Of a stretch of DNA of 64,000 nucleotides, positions 47,616 to 57,523 are shown piece by piece (position 1 is the first letter of the stretch; every line of letters starts with the position of its first letter). A program made the translations under genes and the position numbers. This DNA comes from Trueperaceae bacterium (GTDB taxonomy: Bacteria > Deinococcota > Deinococci > Deinococcales > Trueperaceae), in assembly GCA_965215355.1 (NCBI GenBank), contig CBDCDJ010000007.1, forward strand, positions 2,570,285-2,634,284. The letters are read 5' to 3'. The notes under the pieces were generated by a model. That model did no database searches and was not told where the DNA came from. It was given only the letters and a program-made list of their open reading frames with translations.

Positions 47616-48695
47616 GTGCTGAGCGACCCCGTCAAGGCTGCGGCTGAGGCCAGGCTGCGCTACGTCTCCGACGAGGAACCCGGTTACAGGCGCGTTCGCA
47701 AGGGCAAGGGCTTCGCCTATTACGACCCGGACGACAAACACGTCAAAAACGTTTCTTTGCGGAAGCGTTTCGACGCCCTCGTCATCCCGCCGCTGTGGAC
47801 AGACGTGTGGATTTGCAAAGACGCCGACGGCCACATCCAGGCGACCGGTTTCGACGCCAAAGAGCGCAAGCAGTACGTCTACCACGAGAAGTGGCGTGAG
47901 GTGCGCGACCGCGCCAAGTTCGACTCTTTGGTGCCTTTCGGGGAAGCGTTGCCGAGTTTGCGCGAGCGCTTAGAAAGCGACCTGCGCCGCCAGGGAATGC
48001 CCAAAGAAAAGCTCGTCGCGGCGATTGTCAAGCTGTTGGAAACCACCCTCATCCGCATCGGCAACCGCGAATACGCCAAACAAAACCACTCCTACGGACT
48101 CACCACCATGCGCCGCAAACACGTCGACATCGAGGGGAACAACCTGCGCTTCGACTTCGTCGGCAAGTCCGGCAAAGAACACCACATCTCGCTCTCGGAC
48201 AAACGCCTCGCCAGAATCGTCAAAGAGGCCTACGAGCTGCCGGGCTACGAGCTGTTCAAGTACCTGGATTCGGACGGCGAGAAACACGTCGTCGACTCGG
48301 CCGACGTGAACGCTTACCTGCAAGAGACGACCGGGCAAGACTTCACCGCCAAAGACTTCCGCACCTGGGCCGCGACGGTGTTGGCCGCCGAAACCCTGTG
48401 CCAGGGCGACTGCCCCGCCGAGGTCAAGAGTCGCCAAAAGGTGGTCTCGACGGCCATCAAAGAAGTCGCCGAGCACCTCGGCAACACGCCCGCGGTGTGC
48501 CGCTCGTCCTACGTTCACCCGCTGATTTTGGAGGCCTTCGAGGGCGGCGAGTTTCAGGCCACTTTTGAAAACATCGTCAAAAAAGTCCGCCGCCGTACCT
48601 TGACACGCATGTCGGAAAGCGAGGCGGCGGTTTTAGAGTACCTTAAAGAAACTGCAGCTGAAGAAACCGTGTCTGAAGAAACCGTGTCCGAATGA
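47616..48695 (+). CDS. topIB: DNA topoisomerase IB (poxvirus-like type IB, bacterial TopIB).
   Basis: 359-aa ORF; …KGKGFAYYDPDDKHV…PPLWTDVWIC…TGFDAKERKQYVYH…KDFRTWAAT… includes the catalytic-region pattern of bacterial TopIB. Confidence 0.85.
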   Translation: MLSDPVKAAAEARLRYVSDEEPGYRRVRKGKGFAYYDPDDKHVKNVSLRKRFDALVIPPLWTDVWICKDADGHIQATGFDAKERKQYVYHEKWREVRDRAKFDSLVPFGEALPSLRERLESDLRRQGMPKEKLVAAIVKLLETTLIRIGNREYAKQNHSYGLTTMRRKHVDIEGNNLRFDFVGKSGKEHHISLSDKRLARIVKEAYELPGYELFKYLDSDGEKHVVDSADVNAYLQETTGQDFTAKDFRTWAATVLAAETLCQGDCPAEVKSRQKVVSTAIKEVAEHLGNTPAVCRSSYVHPLILEAFEGGEFQATFENIVKKVRRRTLTRMSESEAAVLEYLKETAAEETVSEETVSE

Positions 48696-48928
48696 GCCGC
48701 GACCCAACGTGCCTCGGTTTCAGTGTGTTTTGCGGCTGCGTCGGCGAAGAGGTGCCCGAAGGACCCAAAAAGCGCCCCAGGGTTAGGCTCGAGCCGTCCC
48801 ACGAATACGAGGTCTCGAGTCCGCCAAACCCGTTTGACAAAGCGTTCCTTTTGACAAATCGTTTGTGACGTGTAGGGGCGGGTTTGAAACCCGCCCCTAC
48901 GGTGTGGCGTCTGCACTTGGGTGCACTC

Positions 48929-49099
48929 TCAGCCGTAAACCAAGTCGATCAGGTCGCGCAGTTCTTCGACGCGCACCGAGAGCGCTTCGACCTTGTCGAA
49001 CAGCATTTCGTCTTCTTCGTCCGGGTCTTCCATCGCCTCGGCCTGGTCGACGATGCTGCGGATGAGCGACTGGTACTCGAGCCTCTGGTCTTCGTCCAT
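48929..49099 (-). CDS. Small acidic hypothetical protein (about 56 aa).
   Basis: MDEDQRLEYQSLIRSIVDQAEAMEDPDEEDEM… The longer ORF-track version extends to 49243 and looks like read-through of the upstream region. Confidence 0.35.
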   Translation of the reverse strand: MDEDQRLEYQSLIRSIVDQAEAMEDPDEEDEMLFDKVEALSVRVEELRDLIDLVYG

Positions 49100-49352
49100 G
49101 ACTGCCTCCTGAATCAGTTTTAGCCCTGTTGCGCCCGTGCAACCGTAAGCTGACCCGCCAAGCGTTGCAAGCTGCCACGGCGAGGGGTTACGCGCCGGAC
49201 TGCGCTCCCTTATAATCATCCCGATGAGGTTGCCAACGCACAAGGTTGTTTTCCACAGGATTTTTCATCACGAGGTCAGGTACGGACGGCATTCGTAGCC
49301 GCCGGCTTGCTTTCGTTTTCACAGCACCTTCCCGACAATTCAGGAGGCGTTT

Positions 49353-50681
49353 ATGGCAAAAATCACGCCCGTCAGCGGCTTTCCCGAGTGGCTGCCGGCC
49401 GAAAAAATCGTCGAGCAAACCTTTATAAACACGCTGCGCCGCAAGTTCGAACTGTACGGTTTCGCGCCCGTCGAAACGCGCGCGGTCGAGCCGCTGGGCG
49501 TGCTCCTCAGCAAGGGCGACGACAAGGAGATTTACACGCTGCACCGCTTGGGCGAAGACCCGTCCGCGCCGCCCGAGTTCGGTTTGCACTTCGACATGAC
49601 GGTGCCCTTCGCCCGCTACGTGCAGCAGTTCCGGGGGGGGCTCGAGTTCCCCTTCAAGCGCTACCAGATCCAAAAAGCCTGGCGCGGCGAGCGCCCGCAG
49701 GAGGGCCGCTACCGCGAGTTTTACCAGGCCGACATCGACGTGATTGGCGAGGGCGAACTGCCGCTCGCGTACGACGCCGAGTTCCCGCAGCTCATTCACG
49801 ACATCATGACGAGTCTGCCGGTGCCGAGCGTGCGGACACGCGTCAACAACCGCAAAATCTTGTCGGGCTTTTACAGGGCGCTGGGCGTCGAAGAGGCCGG
49901 CGACGTGCTGCGGATTGTCGACAAGCTCGAGAAAATCGGCCCCCGTGAGGTCGCGCGGCTGTTGCAAACCGAGGTCGGGCTGAGCGAGCAGGACGCGGGA
50001 CTGTGTTTGAAGCTCGGCGAGATAACCACCCCCGACACTTCGTTCGTGGCCGCGGTCGAGGCGCTGGGCGTGAAGCACGGGCTGTTGCAGGAGGGCTTGG
50101 ACGAACTCGAGTTTTTGATGACGGCGAACGCCGACCTGCCTACGGGCAGCCTCGTCGCCGACCTGAGCGTGGCGCGCGGGCTGGACTACTACACCGGCAC
50201 CGTCGTGGAGTGCCAGTTCGACGGGCACGAATCTCTGGGCGCGGTCTGCTCGGGCGGGCGCTACGACAACCTGGCGAGCGACGAACGCGTGCAGCTCCCC
50301 GGCGTCGGCGTGTCGTTCGGGGTGACGCGGATGCTCGGCTACCTGTTCGGGCGCGGTTTGCTCGAGCCCACCCGCTCGACGCCGGTCGTCGTCCTGGTCG
50401 CGCTGCCGAGTGAAGACGCCAGGCCCGAAGCCGCCAACGTCGTTAGAGCGCTGCGGGCGCGGGGCATCCCCGCCGACACCCACCCCGCGCCGCAAAAGTT
50501 CGGCAAGCAGATTCGCGCCGCCGAGCGCCGGGGCATTCCTTACGTGTGGTTTTTCGAGCCCGGCGACGCAGGTTCACACTCGGTCAAGGACATCCGCAGC
50601 GGCGCGCAAGTGGCGGCGGACCCGAACACCTGGACGCCCACCGCAGAGGCTTACGCGACGCAGCTCGAACTAAAAGTTTAA
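49353..50681 (+). CDS. hisS: Histidine--tRNA ligase.
   Basis: Class II aaRS motifs are present, as are …GGRYDNL… and a C-terminal anticodon-binding domain. A perfect TATAAT box lies at about 49213. Confidence 0.9.
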   Translation: MAKITPVSGFPEWLPAEKIVEQTFINTLRRKFELYGFAPVETRAVEPLGVLLSKGDDKEIYTLHRLGEDPSAPPEFGLHFDMTVPFARYVQQFRGGLEFPFKRYQIQKAWRGERPQEGRYREFYQADIDVIGEGELPLAYDAEFPQLIHDIMTSLPVPSVRTRVNNRKILSGFYRALGVEEAGDVLRIVDKLEKIGPREVARLLQTEVGLSEQDAGLCLKLGEITTPDTSFVAAVEALGVKHGLLQEGLDELEFLMTANADLPTGSLVADLSVARGLDYYTGTVVECQFDGHESLGAVCSGGRYDNLASDERVQLPGVGVSFGVTRMLGYLFGRGLLEPTRSTPVVVLVALPSEDARPEAANVVRALRARGIPADTHPAPQKFGKQIRAAERRGIPYVWFFEPGDAGSHSVKDIRSGAQVAADPNTWTPTAEAYATQLELKV

Positions 50682-50682
50682 G

Positions 50683-50931
50683 TCACGGCACCCTACCGTC
50701 TTGCCACTCGAGCACCGCCCGGCGCAGCGCCGAGGCGAACCTTTTGACCTTCAAACACTGCGCCTCGGCCGCTGTTTCCGTCTCTGCTTCGGCGCGCAGC
50801 GCTTGCAGCGTGTTCGCGGCGCTGTGGTACGAGGCCGGGTCGGCCACGCTGCGGTAGCGGTCGAGGTAGGACTCGAGCCGCCGCAGGGCGCACTCCAAGT
50901 CGGTGTTGTAACGCTCCGCCAGACCCGCCAC
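50683..50931 (-). CDS. Hypothetical small protein.
   Basis: 82-aa ORF immediately downstream (same strand) of the GGDEF gene. Weak support. Confidence 0.3.
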   Translation of the reverse strand: MAGLAERYNTDLECALRRLESYLDRYRSVADPASYHSAANTLQALRAEAETETAAEAQCLKVKRFASALRRAVLEWQDGRVP

Positions 50932-50936
50932 GCGGT

Positions 50937-51902
50937 TCAGTCCGCCTCGTCCCTGAACCGGGCGGACCCTCGCCGCCGTTTTGCGGCGTACATCGCCCGG
51001 TCGGCCTGCTCGAGCAGGCCCGTCAGGTCGTCCGCTGTCGAGGCCAGCGCCGCCCCCACACTGACCTCCAGGCGCAACTCGGCACCGTCCAGCATGACCG
51101 GCTGACGCAGCGTGTGGCGGATGCGCTCGAGCAAAGCCTCGACCTCGCGCTCGCCCGAGACCTGCACCAAAAAGGCGAACTCGTCGCCGCCCAAACGCGC
51201 CAGCAGGTCGCCAGAACGCAGCAAACCCCGCAAGCGTGCACCCATAATTTTCAGCAGGGCGTCGCCGGTCGCGTGGCCGTGGCCGTCGTTCACCTCTTTG
51301 AAACCGTCCAGGTCGAGGAAGACGAGGACCGCCCCCCGGTCATCCCGCCGCACGCCCCGCAGGTAATTGTCCGCTTCCTGCAAAAAATAGCGGCGGTTGT
51401 TCAAACCGGTCAAGCTGTCCGAGTAGGCGAGTCTGTGCAACTCGGCCAGCCGCGCCGCCGCGGCGGTGACGTTGCAGTGGATGACCGCCGCGCCGAGGCC
51501 GGTTTGCAGGGGCGTCGCCTGCAGCTCGAGCGCCGGCTCGCCTGCCAGCTCTATCCGCACGTCCGGCCTTGTCCCCCGCAGCACCGCCGTCACGCCGTCG
51601 GCCACCCTTCCGGCGGCGGCGAGACCCGCGGCTTCGGCGCGGCGGCACAGCGCCAGGTAACTCACCCCCGGCCGCAGCAGCGTTGGCGCGGCCACGCCCT
51701 GCGTGACCAGGGGGGGCGCTTCACTCAAACAGGTGACCCGGCCTGCCACGTCGAGCAGCACCACGCGGTCGGCCAAAACGCTCAGAAAATTCGTGACAAA
51801 GTCGGGCGCGGCGGTTCCCCCGGCTGCCCGGCCCACGCTCACGCCCACGCCGCCAAGAGCGTTCACAGACTCCTGCTTTCGCGGAGCGCCGAGTGGCGAC
51901 AA
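50937..51902 (-). CDS. Diguanylate cyclase (GGDEF domain) with an N-terminal sensor region.
   Basis: …DSLTGLNNRRYF…FLDLDGFKEVND…GDALLK…RLGGDEFAF… has an intact GGDEF active site. Confidence 0.9.
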   Translation of the reverse strand: MSPLGAPRKQESVNALGGVGVSVGRAAGGTAAPDFVTNFLSVLADRVVLLDVAGRVTCLSEAPPLVTQGVAAPTLLRPGVSYLALCRRAEAAGLAAAGRVADGVTAVLRGTRPDVRIELAGEPALELQATPLQTGLGAAVIHCNVTAAAARLAELHRLAYSDSLTGLNNRRYFLQEADNYLRGVRRDDRGAVLVFLDLDGFKEVNDGHGHATGDALLKIMGARLRGLLRSGDLLARLGGDEFAFLVQVSGEREVEALLERIRHTLRQPVMLDGAELRLEVSVGAALASTADDLTGLLEQADRAMYAAKRRRGSARFRDEAD

Positions 51903-52033
51903 GAGGCAACCCGCCCCACCGGCCTCGAGACCCCGAAACCGCCCCGCTTTTTGAACCCACGCAAAACTTGCAAACGCCCACCAAACACGTTCAAACCGGC
52001 ATCGTTCATGCTGTCCCCTTACCGAAAGGCGAG

Positions 52034-52077
52034 AAAAAAATACCTGCAGTGTTGCCGAAGCAAATGAGCTGCAGGTA
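52034..52077 (-). terminator. Minus-strand Rho-independent terminator (tacctgcag-N19-ctgcaggta followed on the minus strand by U7).
   Basis: 9-bp perfect stem. The A7 run on the plus strand reads as a U7 tail on the minus strand. Confidence 0.6.
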
Positions 52078-52132
52078 CCGCTCCCCCCGAAGCGCGGACG
52101 TTGGGGTCCGCTTGAAGTATTAGAGCACAGGA

Positions 52133-52145
52133 GGGGGGGGGGGGG
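52133..52145. repeat. Homopolymeric G13 tract.
   Basis: Counted directly (gagGGGGGGGGGGGGGtag). It lies between the PAS-LuxR stop and the GGDEF gene start. Confidence 0.9.
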
Positions 52146-52182
52146 TAGTGCCAGGCGTCCTGGAAAAACCGTTACACCTGCA

Positions 52183-53283
52183 CTAGTTCACGACGCCGCG
52201 CTCGCGCGCCCACACCACCGCCTCGGCCCGCGAGGACACGCCGAGTTTGCCGTACACACCCGCGACGTAGTTGCGCACCGTGTTTTTGCTGATGCCCAGG
52301 CTCTCGGCGATTTGGTCGTTGCTGAAGCCTTGCGCCATTCTCCCGAGCACCTGGCGTTCGCGCTTGGTGAGTTCCAGAACTTCGATGGAGGGTTCTCGGG
52401 CTTGCGCTCGAGCCCGCAGGTTGGCAAGCTTTTCGACCACGCTGCGGCTGAACCAGCTGGTGTCGCGCATGACCTCTTCGATGGCCCGCAGCAGCTCTTC
52501 CTCGCTGCGGCGCTGTTCGGTCAGGTCGATAAAGGTGTCGAGCAGGTGCGGTTCGCCGCCGATGGCGATGACCTCGCCGCTCGACTCGATAAGGACCTGG
52601 GAGCCGTCCTTGCGGCGCAGGTGGCGCTTCAGGGGCGGCAGGCTGGCCCCAGCTTTCAAACCGCCTCGCAGCACGAGGTTGCGCTTTTCGGTCTCGACGT
52701 GCAGGTTCATTTCGGCGGGGTTGCGCCCGAGCAGTTCGTCGCGCCCGTAGCCGGTCAGCTCTGTAAAGCTCTCGTTCACGTCGGCGAACACCCCGTCCGA
52801 CAGTCGGGTGACGCTCGTCGGCGTGGGGCTGGCGTGAAAGGCCGTGCGGAAACGCTCTTCGGCCTCCACCCGGGCGGTCACGTCCTGAAAGGTCAGCACG
52901 CCCAGCAGGACGGAATCCTTGACGAAGGTGCCGCTGAAGGCGCCGACCCAGGGCGGCGTGTGCGGGTCCTGGACCCGCATTTCCAGGTCGGTAAAGCTTT
53001 CGCCCCGTGCAATCCTGTTGAGGGGTCGCTCGTTCCCTGAAACTTCGCGACCGTCCGGGTAGGAGAGCGTGAACCGCTCGGCGTACCACTGAAGGCTGCG
53101 CCGGCCCTCGTCACGCTCGGTAAAGCCGAACAGCCCGCGAGCGGCCTCGTTTAAATACAGCACCTCCCGGAGCGCCGGGTCGAACACGAGCAGGCCCGCG
53201 ACCATGCCCTCTAGGATGGCCTCGAGCTGGCTGCGCGTCGCGCCCCAAGTCGTGATGACGTCCTTGGTCGTTGTGTCGGCCAT
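52183..53283 (-). CDS. PAS-domain sensor fused to a LuxR-type HTH (no receiver domain).
   Basis: 366-aa ORF with two PAS-like segments and a C-terminal …LTKRERQVLGRMAQGFSNDQIAESLGISKNTVRNYV… LuxR/GerE HTH. Confidence 0.85.
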   Translation of the reverse strand: MADTTTKDVITTWGATRSQLEAILEGMVAGLLVFDPALREVLYLNEAARGLFGFTERDEGRRSLQWYAERFTLSYPDGREVSGNERPLNRIARGESFTDLEMRVQDPHTPPWVGAFSGTFVKDSVLLGVLTFQDVTARVEAEERFRTAFHASPTPTSVTRLSDGVFADVNESFTELTGYGRDELLGRNPAEMNLHVETEKRNLVLRGGLKAGASLPPLKRHLRRKDGSQVLIESSGEVIAIGGEPHLLDTFIDLTEQRRSEEELLRAIEEVMRDTSWFSRSVVEKLANLRARAQAREPSIEVLELTKRERQVLGRMAQGFSNDQIAESLGISKNTVRNYVAGVYGKLGVSSRAEAVVWARERGVVN

Positions 53284-53633
53284 AACCGCCCCCTCCGCTG
53301 CGCACGAGCGTGGAAGCGGGCAGACCGTACTGCCTGGGTCGGTTCCAAACGAGTGAAAAGCTGTGACCGTGTCACGGTCAGTAAGGTTCAGTCTACTACG
53401 CGCTTTTCTGAGGTTTATAGGTGCGCGGAGCCTAGGCGCACCGGGACAAACGCACTAGTCCTGCGACCGAACATCTTTCAAACCCCACAAAGCAAGGTTT
53501 CAAACTGTTTGTAATACACAGGCTTTTCGGTGCTGCCCTTGAAGCTTAAACTTCTTCGGTGGAGGCACTTTCCCCCCGGCGTGCCTCCACTCGCTTGCTA
53601 CGAGACCCCTTCACAAGTAAACCGAAAGGCGAC

Positions 53634-54170
53634 TCACCGCGCGAAGGGGTCGCTGGCCCCGTCCTTGTAGCCCGCGAACAGTTCTGGAAAAACGTAGACG
53701 ACGCCGCCCTCGTCGGTGACCCACACTTCGGCCACACCTTGCTTGACGAGTCCCCGGAGCACCTGGTGGCTCTCGTGAATGTCGAGGTGTGTGGCGGCGG
53801 CAACTTCGGACGCGCTCAGGCGGCCCTTGGCAACTTGAGCCAACTGCATGATTTGGCCCTCTATCGTCAGGCGGCTTGTCGACAGGCCGGGTTTGAAGAT
53901 GGTAGCCCTCACTTCCGGGGCCTCGCTGAGCTTGCCCACCACCTGCAACGCGTAGCGGGTGAGGTAAGCTCCCGCGCAACCGATCACCACGAAAGCAACC
54001 AGGTAAAAGAGGTTGAGCTTGCCCTGGGAGAACAGCTTGGCGAGCAGGGCGAGGGCGAACACCGCGCAGAAAAGGACGGCGCTCGAGCCCTGCAACTTCC
54101 CCTGATGAGCGAGGGCGACCACGTCTGGAACGCGCTGCTGTACCGCCTGGGTTTGCTCGCCTTCGACCAA
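53634..54170 (-). CDS. Hypothetical membrane protein with a possible C-terminal winged-helix segment.
   Basis: 178-aa ORF with 2 TM-like segments. It is not PhoU-like. Weak support. Confidence 0.35.
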   Translation of the reverse strand: MVEGEQTQAVQQRVPDVVALAHQGKLQGSSAVLFCAVFALALLAKLFSQGKLNLFYLVAFVVIGCAGAYLTRYALQVVGKLSEAPEVRATIFKPGLSTSRLTIEGQIMQLAQVAKGRLSASEVAAATHLDIHESHQVLRGLVKQGVAEVWVTDEGGVVYVFPELFAGYKDGASDPFAR

Positions 54171-54273
54171 TTGATAAGTGCCCTGTTCTACCTGAGCGCG
54201 ACCCTCATCCTGACGGCGGCCATCCTTCTGGGGCTGTACGTGGCCCGGCGCAACCGCTAAGTGCCGAGCGCCC

Positions 54274-55089
54274 TCAACCGAAGTGCCCCGAAATGTACTG
54301 CTCGGTCACCTCGTGCTTGGGGTTGGTGAACATCTGGTCGGTCGGGCCTTCTTCGACGATGTGGCCCAGGTGCATGTACACGGTGCGGTCGGCGACGCGG
54401 CCCGCCTGCTGCATGTTGTGGGTCACGATGATGACGGTGTAGTCCTTTTTGATTTCATTGATAAGCTGTTCGATTTTATCCGTCGCAATCGGGTCGAGCG
54501 CGCTGGTGGGCTCGTCCATCAAAATCACTTCGGGCTCCTGGGCCATCGCTCGAGCGATACAGAGCCGCTGCTGCTGTCCGCCCGACAGGCTCAGGCCCGA
54601 CGCCTTGAGCTTGTCTTTGACCTCGTCCCACAGCGCCGCGCCCTTCAAAGACTTTTCCACAAGCGCGTTCAGGTCGCCCTTGTAGCCGTTCAAGCGCGGG
54701 GAAAAAGCCACGTTGTCGAAGATGCTCTTGGGAAACGGGTTGGGTTTTTGAAAGACCATGCCGATGCGGCGGCGCACCTCGACCGCGTCGATGCTGGGGT
54801 CGTAGAGTTCGACGCCTTCGTAAACGGCGTGCCCGGTGATTTTGACGCCCAGGATGAGGTCGTTCATGCGGTTGACGCACCTGAGCAACGTCGACTTGCC
54901 GCAGCCCGACGCGCCGATGAGGGCGGTCACCCGGTTGCGCGGAAAGTTGACCGTGTTGCTGTGCAGCGCCTGAAAGTCGCCGTACCACAGCGCTAAGTCC
55001 TTGATGCTCACCACCGCGTCCTCGTCGCCGACGGGCTCAGTGCGAACGGTTTTGTGGCCTTCGAGTTGTTTTAAGCCGGGGAGTGCCAT
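54274..55089 (-). CDS. pstB: Phosphate ABC transporter ATP-binding protein.
   Basis: Walker [10 protein letters not shown], the ABC signature LSGGQQQR, Walker B ILMDEP and the PstB-specific C-terminus. Confidence 0.95.
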   Translation of the reverse strand: MALPGLKQLEGHKTVRTEPVGDEDAVVSIKDLALWYGDFQALHSNTVNFPRNRVTALIGASGCGKSTLLRCVNRMNDLILGVKITGHAVYEGVELYDPSIDAVEVRRRIGMVFQKPNPFPKSIFDNVAFSPRLNGYKGDLNALVEKSLKGAALWDEVKDKLKASGLSLSGGQQQRLCIARAMAQEPEVILMDEPTSALDPIATDKIEQLINEIKKDYTVIIVTHNMQQAGRVADRTVYMHLGHIVEEGPTDQMFTNPKHEVTEQYISGHFG

Positions 55090-55174
55090 AAGTTAAAAGT
55101 TACTCGTCGTTCGTTTTTCGTCGTTCGTAAAGCTGAAAACGAATCACTGAGAACGAATAACTGTCGTTCCCTCC

Positions 55175-56449
55175 TTACCAGTTCCGCTCGAAGCGCGCCC
55201 GAATGACGAACGCGACGAGGTAGATAAAAATCAAGATGATGAGCAGCACGACGATGCCCGCCGAGGCGACCGGCAAAAAGGCGTCCTGGTTGGGTAGCCC
55301 GAAGTAGGTGTAGATTTGCAGCGGCATCACCGTAAAGGTGTCCTTGAGCACGTCCCAACCCCCAGGCACGCTCGTCACCAGGCCCGCGCCGCCCACCAGG
55401 AGCAGCGGCGCGGTCTCGCCGATGGCCCGCGCCACCGCCAGAATCACGCCCGTCACGATGCCGCCGACCGCGTTCGGCAGCACGACCTTGCTCACCGTCT
55501 GCCACCTCGTCGCGCCGAGGCCGTAGCTCGCCTGCCTCAAGCTGTCGGGCACGCTGCGAATCGCCTCGCGCGCGGCGATGATGACGACCGGCAAAATCAA
55601 GAGCGTTAGGGTGAGCGCCGCCGAAATCACGCTGCGCTCGAACGACAGCGCGCGCACGAACACGTACAAACCCAAAATGCCGTAAACGATGGACGGCACC
55701 CCGGCCAGGTTGCGCAGGTTCACCTCTAAAAACGCGCTGAAGGCGTTCTTCGGCGCGTACTCTTCCAGGTACACCGCGCTGCCCACCCCGATGACGGCCG
55801 AAAACAAAATTACCAAACCGATGACCCACAGCGTGCCGACGACGGCGTTATAAAACCCGGCCATCTGCGGCGCGCGCGAGTTGCCGCGGGTCAGAAACTC
55901 GCGGTCGAGCATCGGGTTGAGGAGGAGGTTGTAGTCCTCAGCTCGGGCTTCGGCCAGGAGTTCGTCGCGGCGAGCGCGGCCCTCCAGGTAGCCGTACTGG
56001 TCTTCGATGTCGTCGCGCAGCGACCACACGTACACGCGGTCGCTCAAACCGTCGGCATAGGGCAGGTAGTCCACCCGGTTGCGCCGGTTGAACTTGCGCA
56101 GTTCTTCGGCGTCGCCGAACAGGGCCTCGTTCGCCTCGGCGGTTTCGCCCTGGGCGAGCAGTTCCAAACGCAAGGCCTCGCGCACGGTTTCGACCTCGCT
56201 CGCGGGGAAGGTTTGGCCGCTCGAGCTGCTCGAAGGCGCTACGACCTGCCAGGAAAAAATCCGGTTGATGTTGGCGGCGAACACGAACACGATTAAAAGC
56301 AGCCCGGCCACCACCGGCACGAACGTGACGACCTGTAAAATCTTGCCGCGCTGTTGGCGGCGCTTGAGCTGCGCGCGCTCCGCGCCGGACAGCAAGCCCC
56401 GTTGGGGGCTCGAGACCGGGACGCGACCCTGTGTTTGGCTCGCGTCCAT
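55175..56449 (-). CDS. pstA: Phosphate ABC transporter permease PstA (long form, 424 aa).
   Basis: The true start is MDASQTQ…, whose ATG shares 1 nt (TAATG) with the pstC stop. The ORF-track version (667 aa) reads through pstC out of frame. Confidence 0.85.
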   Translation of the reverse strand: MDASQTQGRVPVSSPQRGLLSGAERAQLKRRQQRGKILQVVTFVPVVAGLLLIVFVFAANINRIFSWQVVAPSSSSSGQTFPASEVETVREALRLELLAQGETAEANEALFGDAEELRKFNRRNRVDYLPYADGLSDRVYVWSLRDDIEDQYGYLEGRARRDELLAEARAEDYNLLLNPMLDREFLTRGNSRAPQMAGFYNAVVGTLWVIGLVILFSAVIGVGSAVYLEEYAPKNAFSAFLEVNLRNLAGVPSIVYGILGLYVFVRALSFERSVISAALTLTLLILPVVIIAAREAIRSVPDSLRQASYGLGATRWQTVSKVVLPNAVGGIVTGVILAVARAIGETAPLLLVGGAGLVTSVPGGWDVLKDTFTVMPLQIYTYFGLPNQDAFLPVASAGIVVLLIILIFIYLVAFVIRARFERNW

Positions 56450-57393
56450 TATTCGTACTTCTCGCTGAAGCGGCGCACGACCTGCTGCGACACGACGTTG
56501 AGGACGAGGGTGATCAAAAACAGCGACATGCCGACCGCGTAAAGGGACCTCGAGCCTATCGAGCCCGCTTCCTGGTCGCCCTGCGCGGTGTTGGCGATAA
56601 AAGCGGTCATGGTCTCGACGGTGTCGCGCGGGTCGAAGGTGACGTTGGGAAGTTGGCCCGCCGCGAGCGTGACGATCATCGTTTCGCCGATGGCTCGCGA
56701 CATCGCCAGGATGAACGAGGCGACGATGCCCGAGAGCGCTGCCGGGATGATGACCTTGGAAATGACTTCGGCCTTGGTCGAGCCCAGACCGTAAGCGGCC
56801 TCGCGCAGCCCGCGCGGCACCGCCTGCATCGCGTCGATGGAGATGCTGCTGATGGTCGGCATGATCATAAAACCCACGACGATGCCCGCCGAGAGCGCGT
56901 TCGAGGTCGACAGGCCGGGGATAAACTCCTTCAAAAACGGCGTCACGGTAAGGAGCGCGAAGTAGCCCAGCACCACCGTCGGGATGCCCGCCAGCACTTC
57001 CAAAACAGGCACGACGCCGCGCCGCACCCGCCTCGAGGCGAACTCCGACAAAAACACGGCTGCCCCGAGGCCCAGGGGCATCCCCACGACGAGGGCGATG
57101 GAGGTGACGAGCAGGGTGCCGAGCAGCAGCGGCAGGATGCCGAAGTGCTGCTGCGCCGCGTTGAAGAGCGGCGTCCACTGGGTGCCGGTAAAAAACTCTC
57201 TGAAGGTCACCGTGGGCTCGGCGAAAAAGCTCACCGTCTCGCTCGTCAGCGCGACCACGACGCCCAGCGTCGTCAGGACGGAGATGCTCGCGCAGGCCAG
57301 CAGCGCCAGTTGAATAACGTTTTCGCCTAAGTTGCGGTTGGCGCGCTTGCTCAGGTCGGCACTTTGTAGTCGGCTCGGTAGTCTGCTCGCCAT
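56449..57393 (-). CDS. pstC: Phosphate ABC transporter permease PstC.
   Basis: 314-aa ORF with multi-TM topology and PstC conserved regions. Confidence 0.9.
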   Translation of the reverse strand: MASRLPSRLQSADLSKRANRNLGENVIQLALLACASISVLTTLGVVVALTSETVSFFAEPTVTFREFFTGTQWTPLFNAAQQHFGILPLLLGTLLVTSIALVVGMPLGLGAAVFLSEFASRRVRRGVVPVLEVLAGIPTVVLGYFALLTVTPFLKEFIPGLSTSNALSAGIVVGFMIMPTISSISIDAMQAVPRGLREAAYGLGSTKAEVISKVIIPAALSGIVASFILAMSRAIGETMIVTLAAGQLPNVTFDPRDTVETMTAFIANTAQGDQEAGSIGSRSLYAVGMSLFLITLVLNVVSQQVVRRFSEKYE

Positions 57394-57523
57394 AGTCCTC
57401 CCTAAAAAGACAGCTCTAAAATAGTAGCAGGTACGCGCTGAGAGTCGTCGCCAAATGCACTTGGCTTCAGCCGAGCGACCTCCGAGCTTGTGGCCCGGAG
57501 GTCGTCTCGCATGGGTCCGGAAG

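Noticed and set aside
49213-49218. Possible T-box leader in the 135-nt hisS 5' region.
   Set aside because: No specifier or T-box consensus is recognisable by eye. Only a perfect TATAAT -10 hexamer is noted.
55175-57178. 667-aa version of the pstA ORF.
   Set aside because: The first about 243 aa are an out-of-frame read-through of pstC, on the same strand. The real pstA starts at the Met of MDASQTQ…, whose ATG shares 1 nt with the pstC stop.
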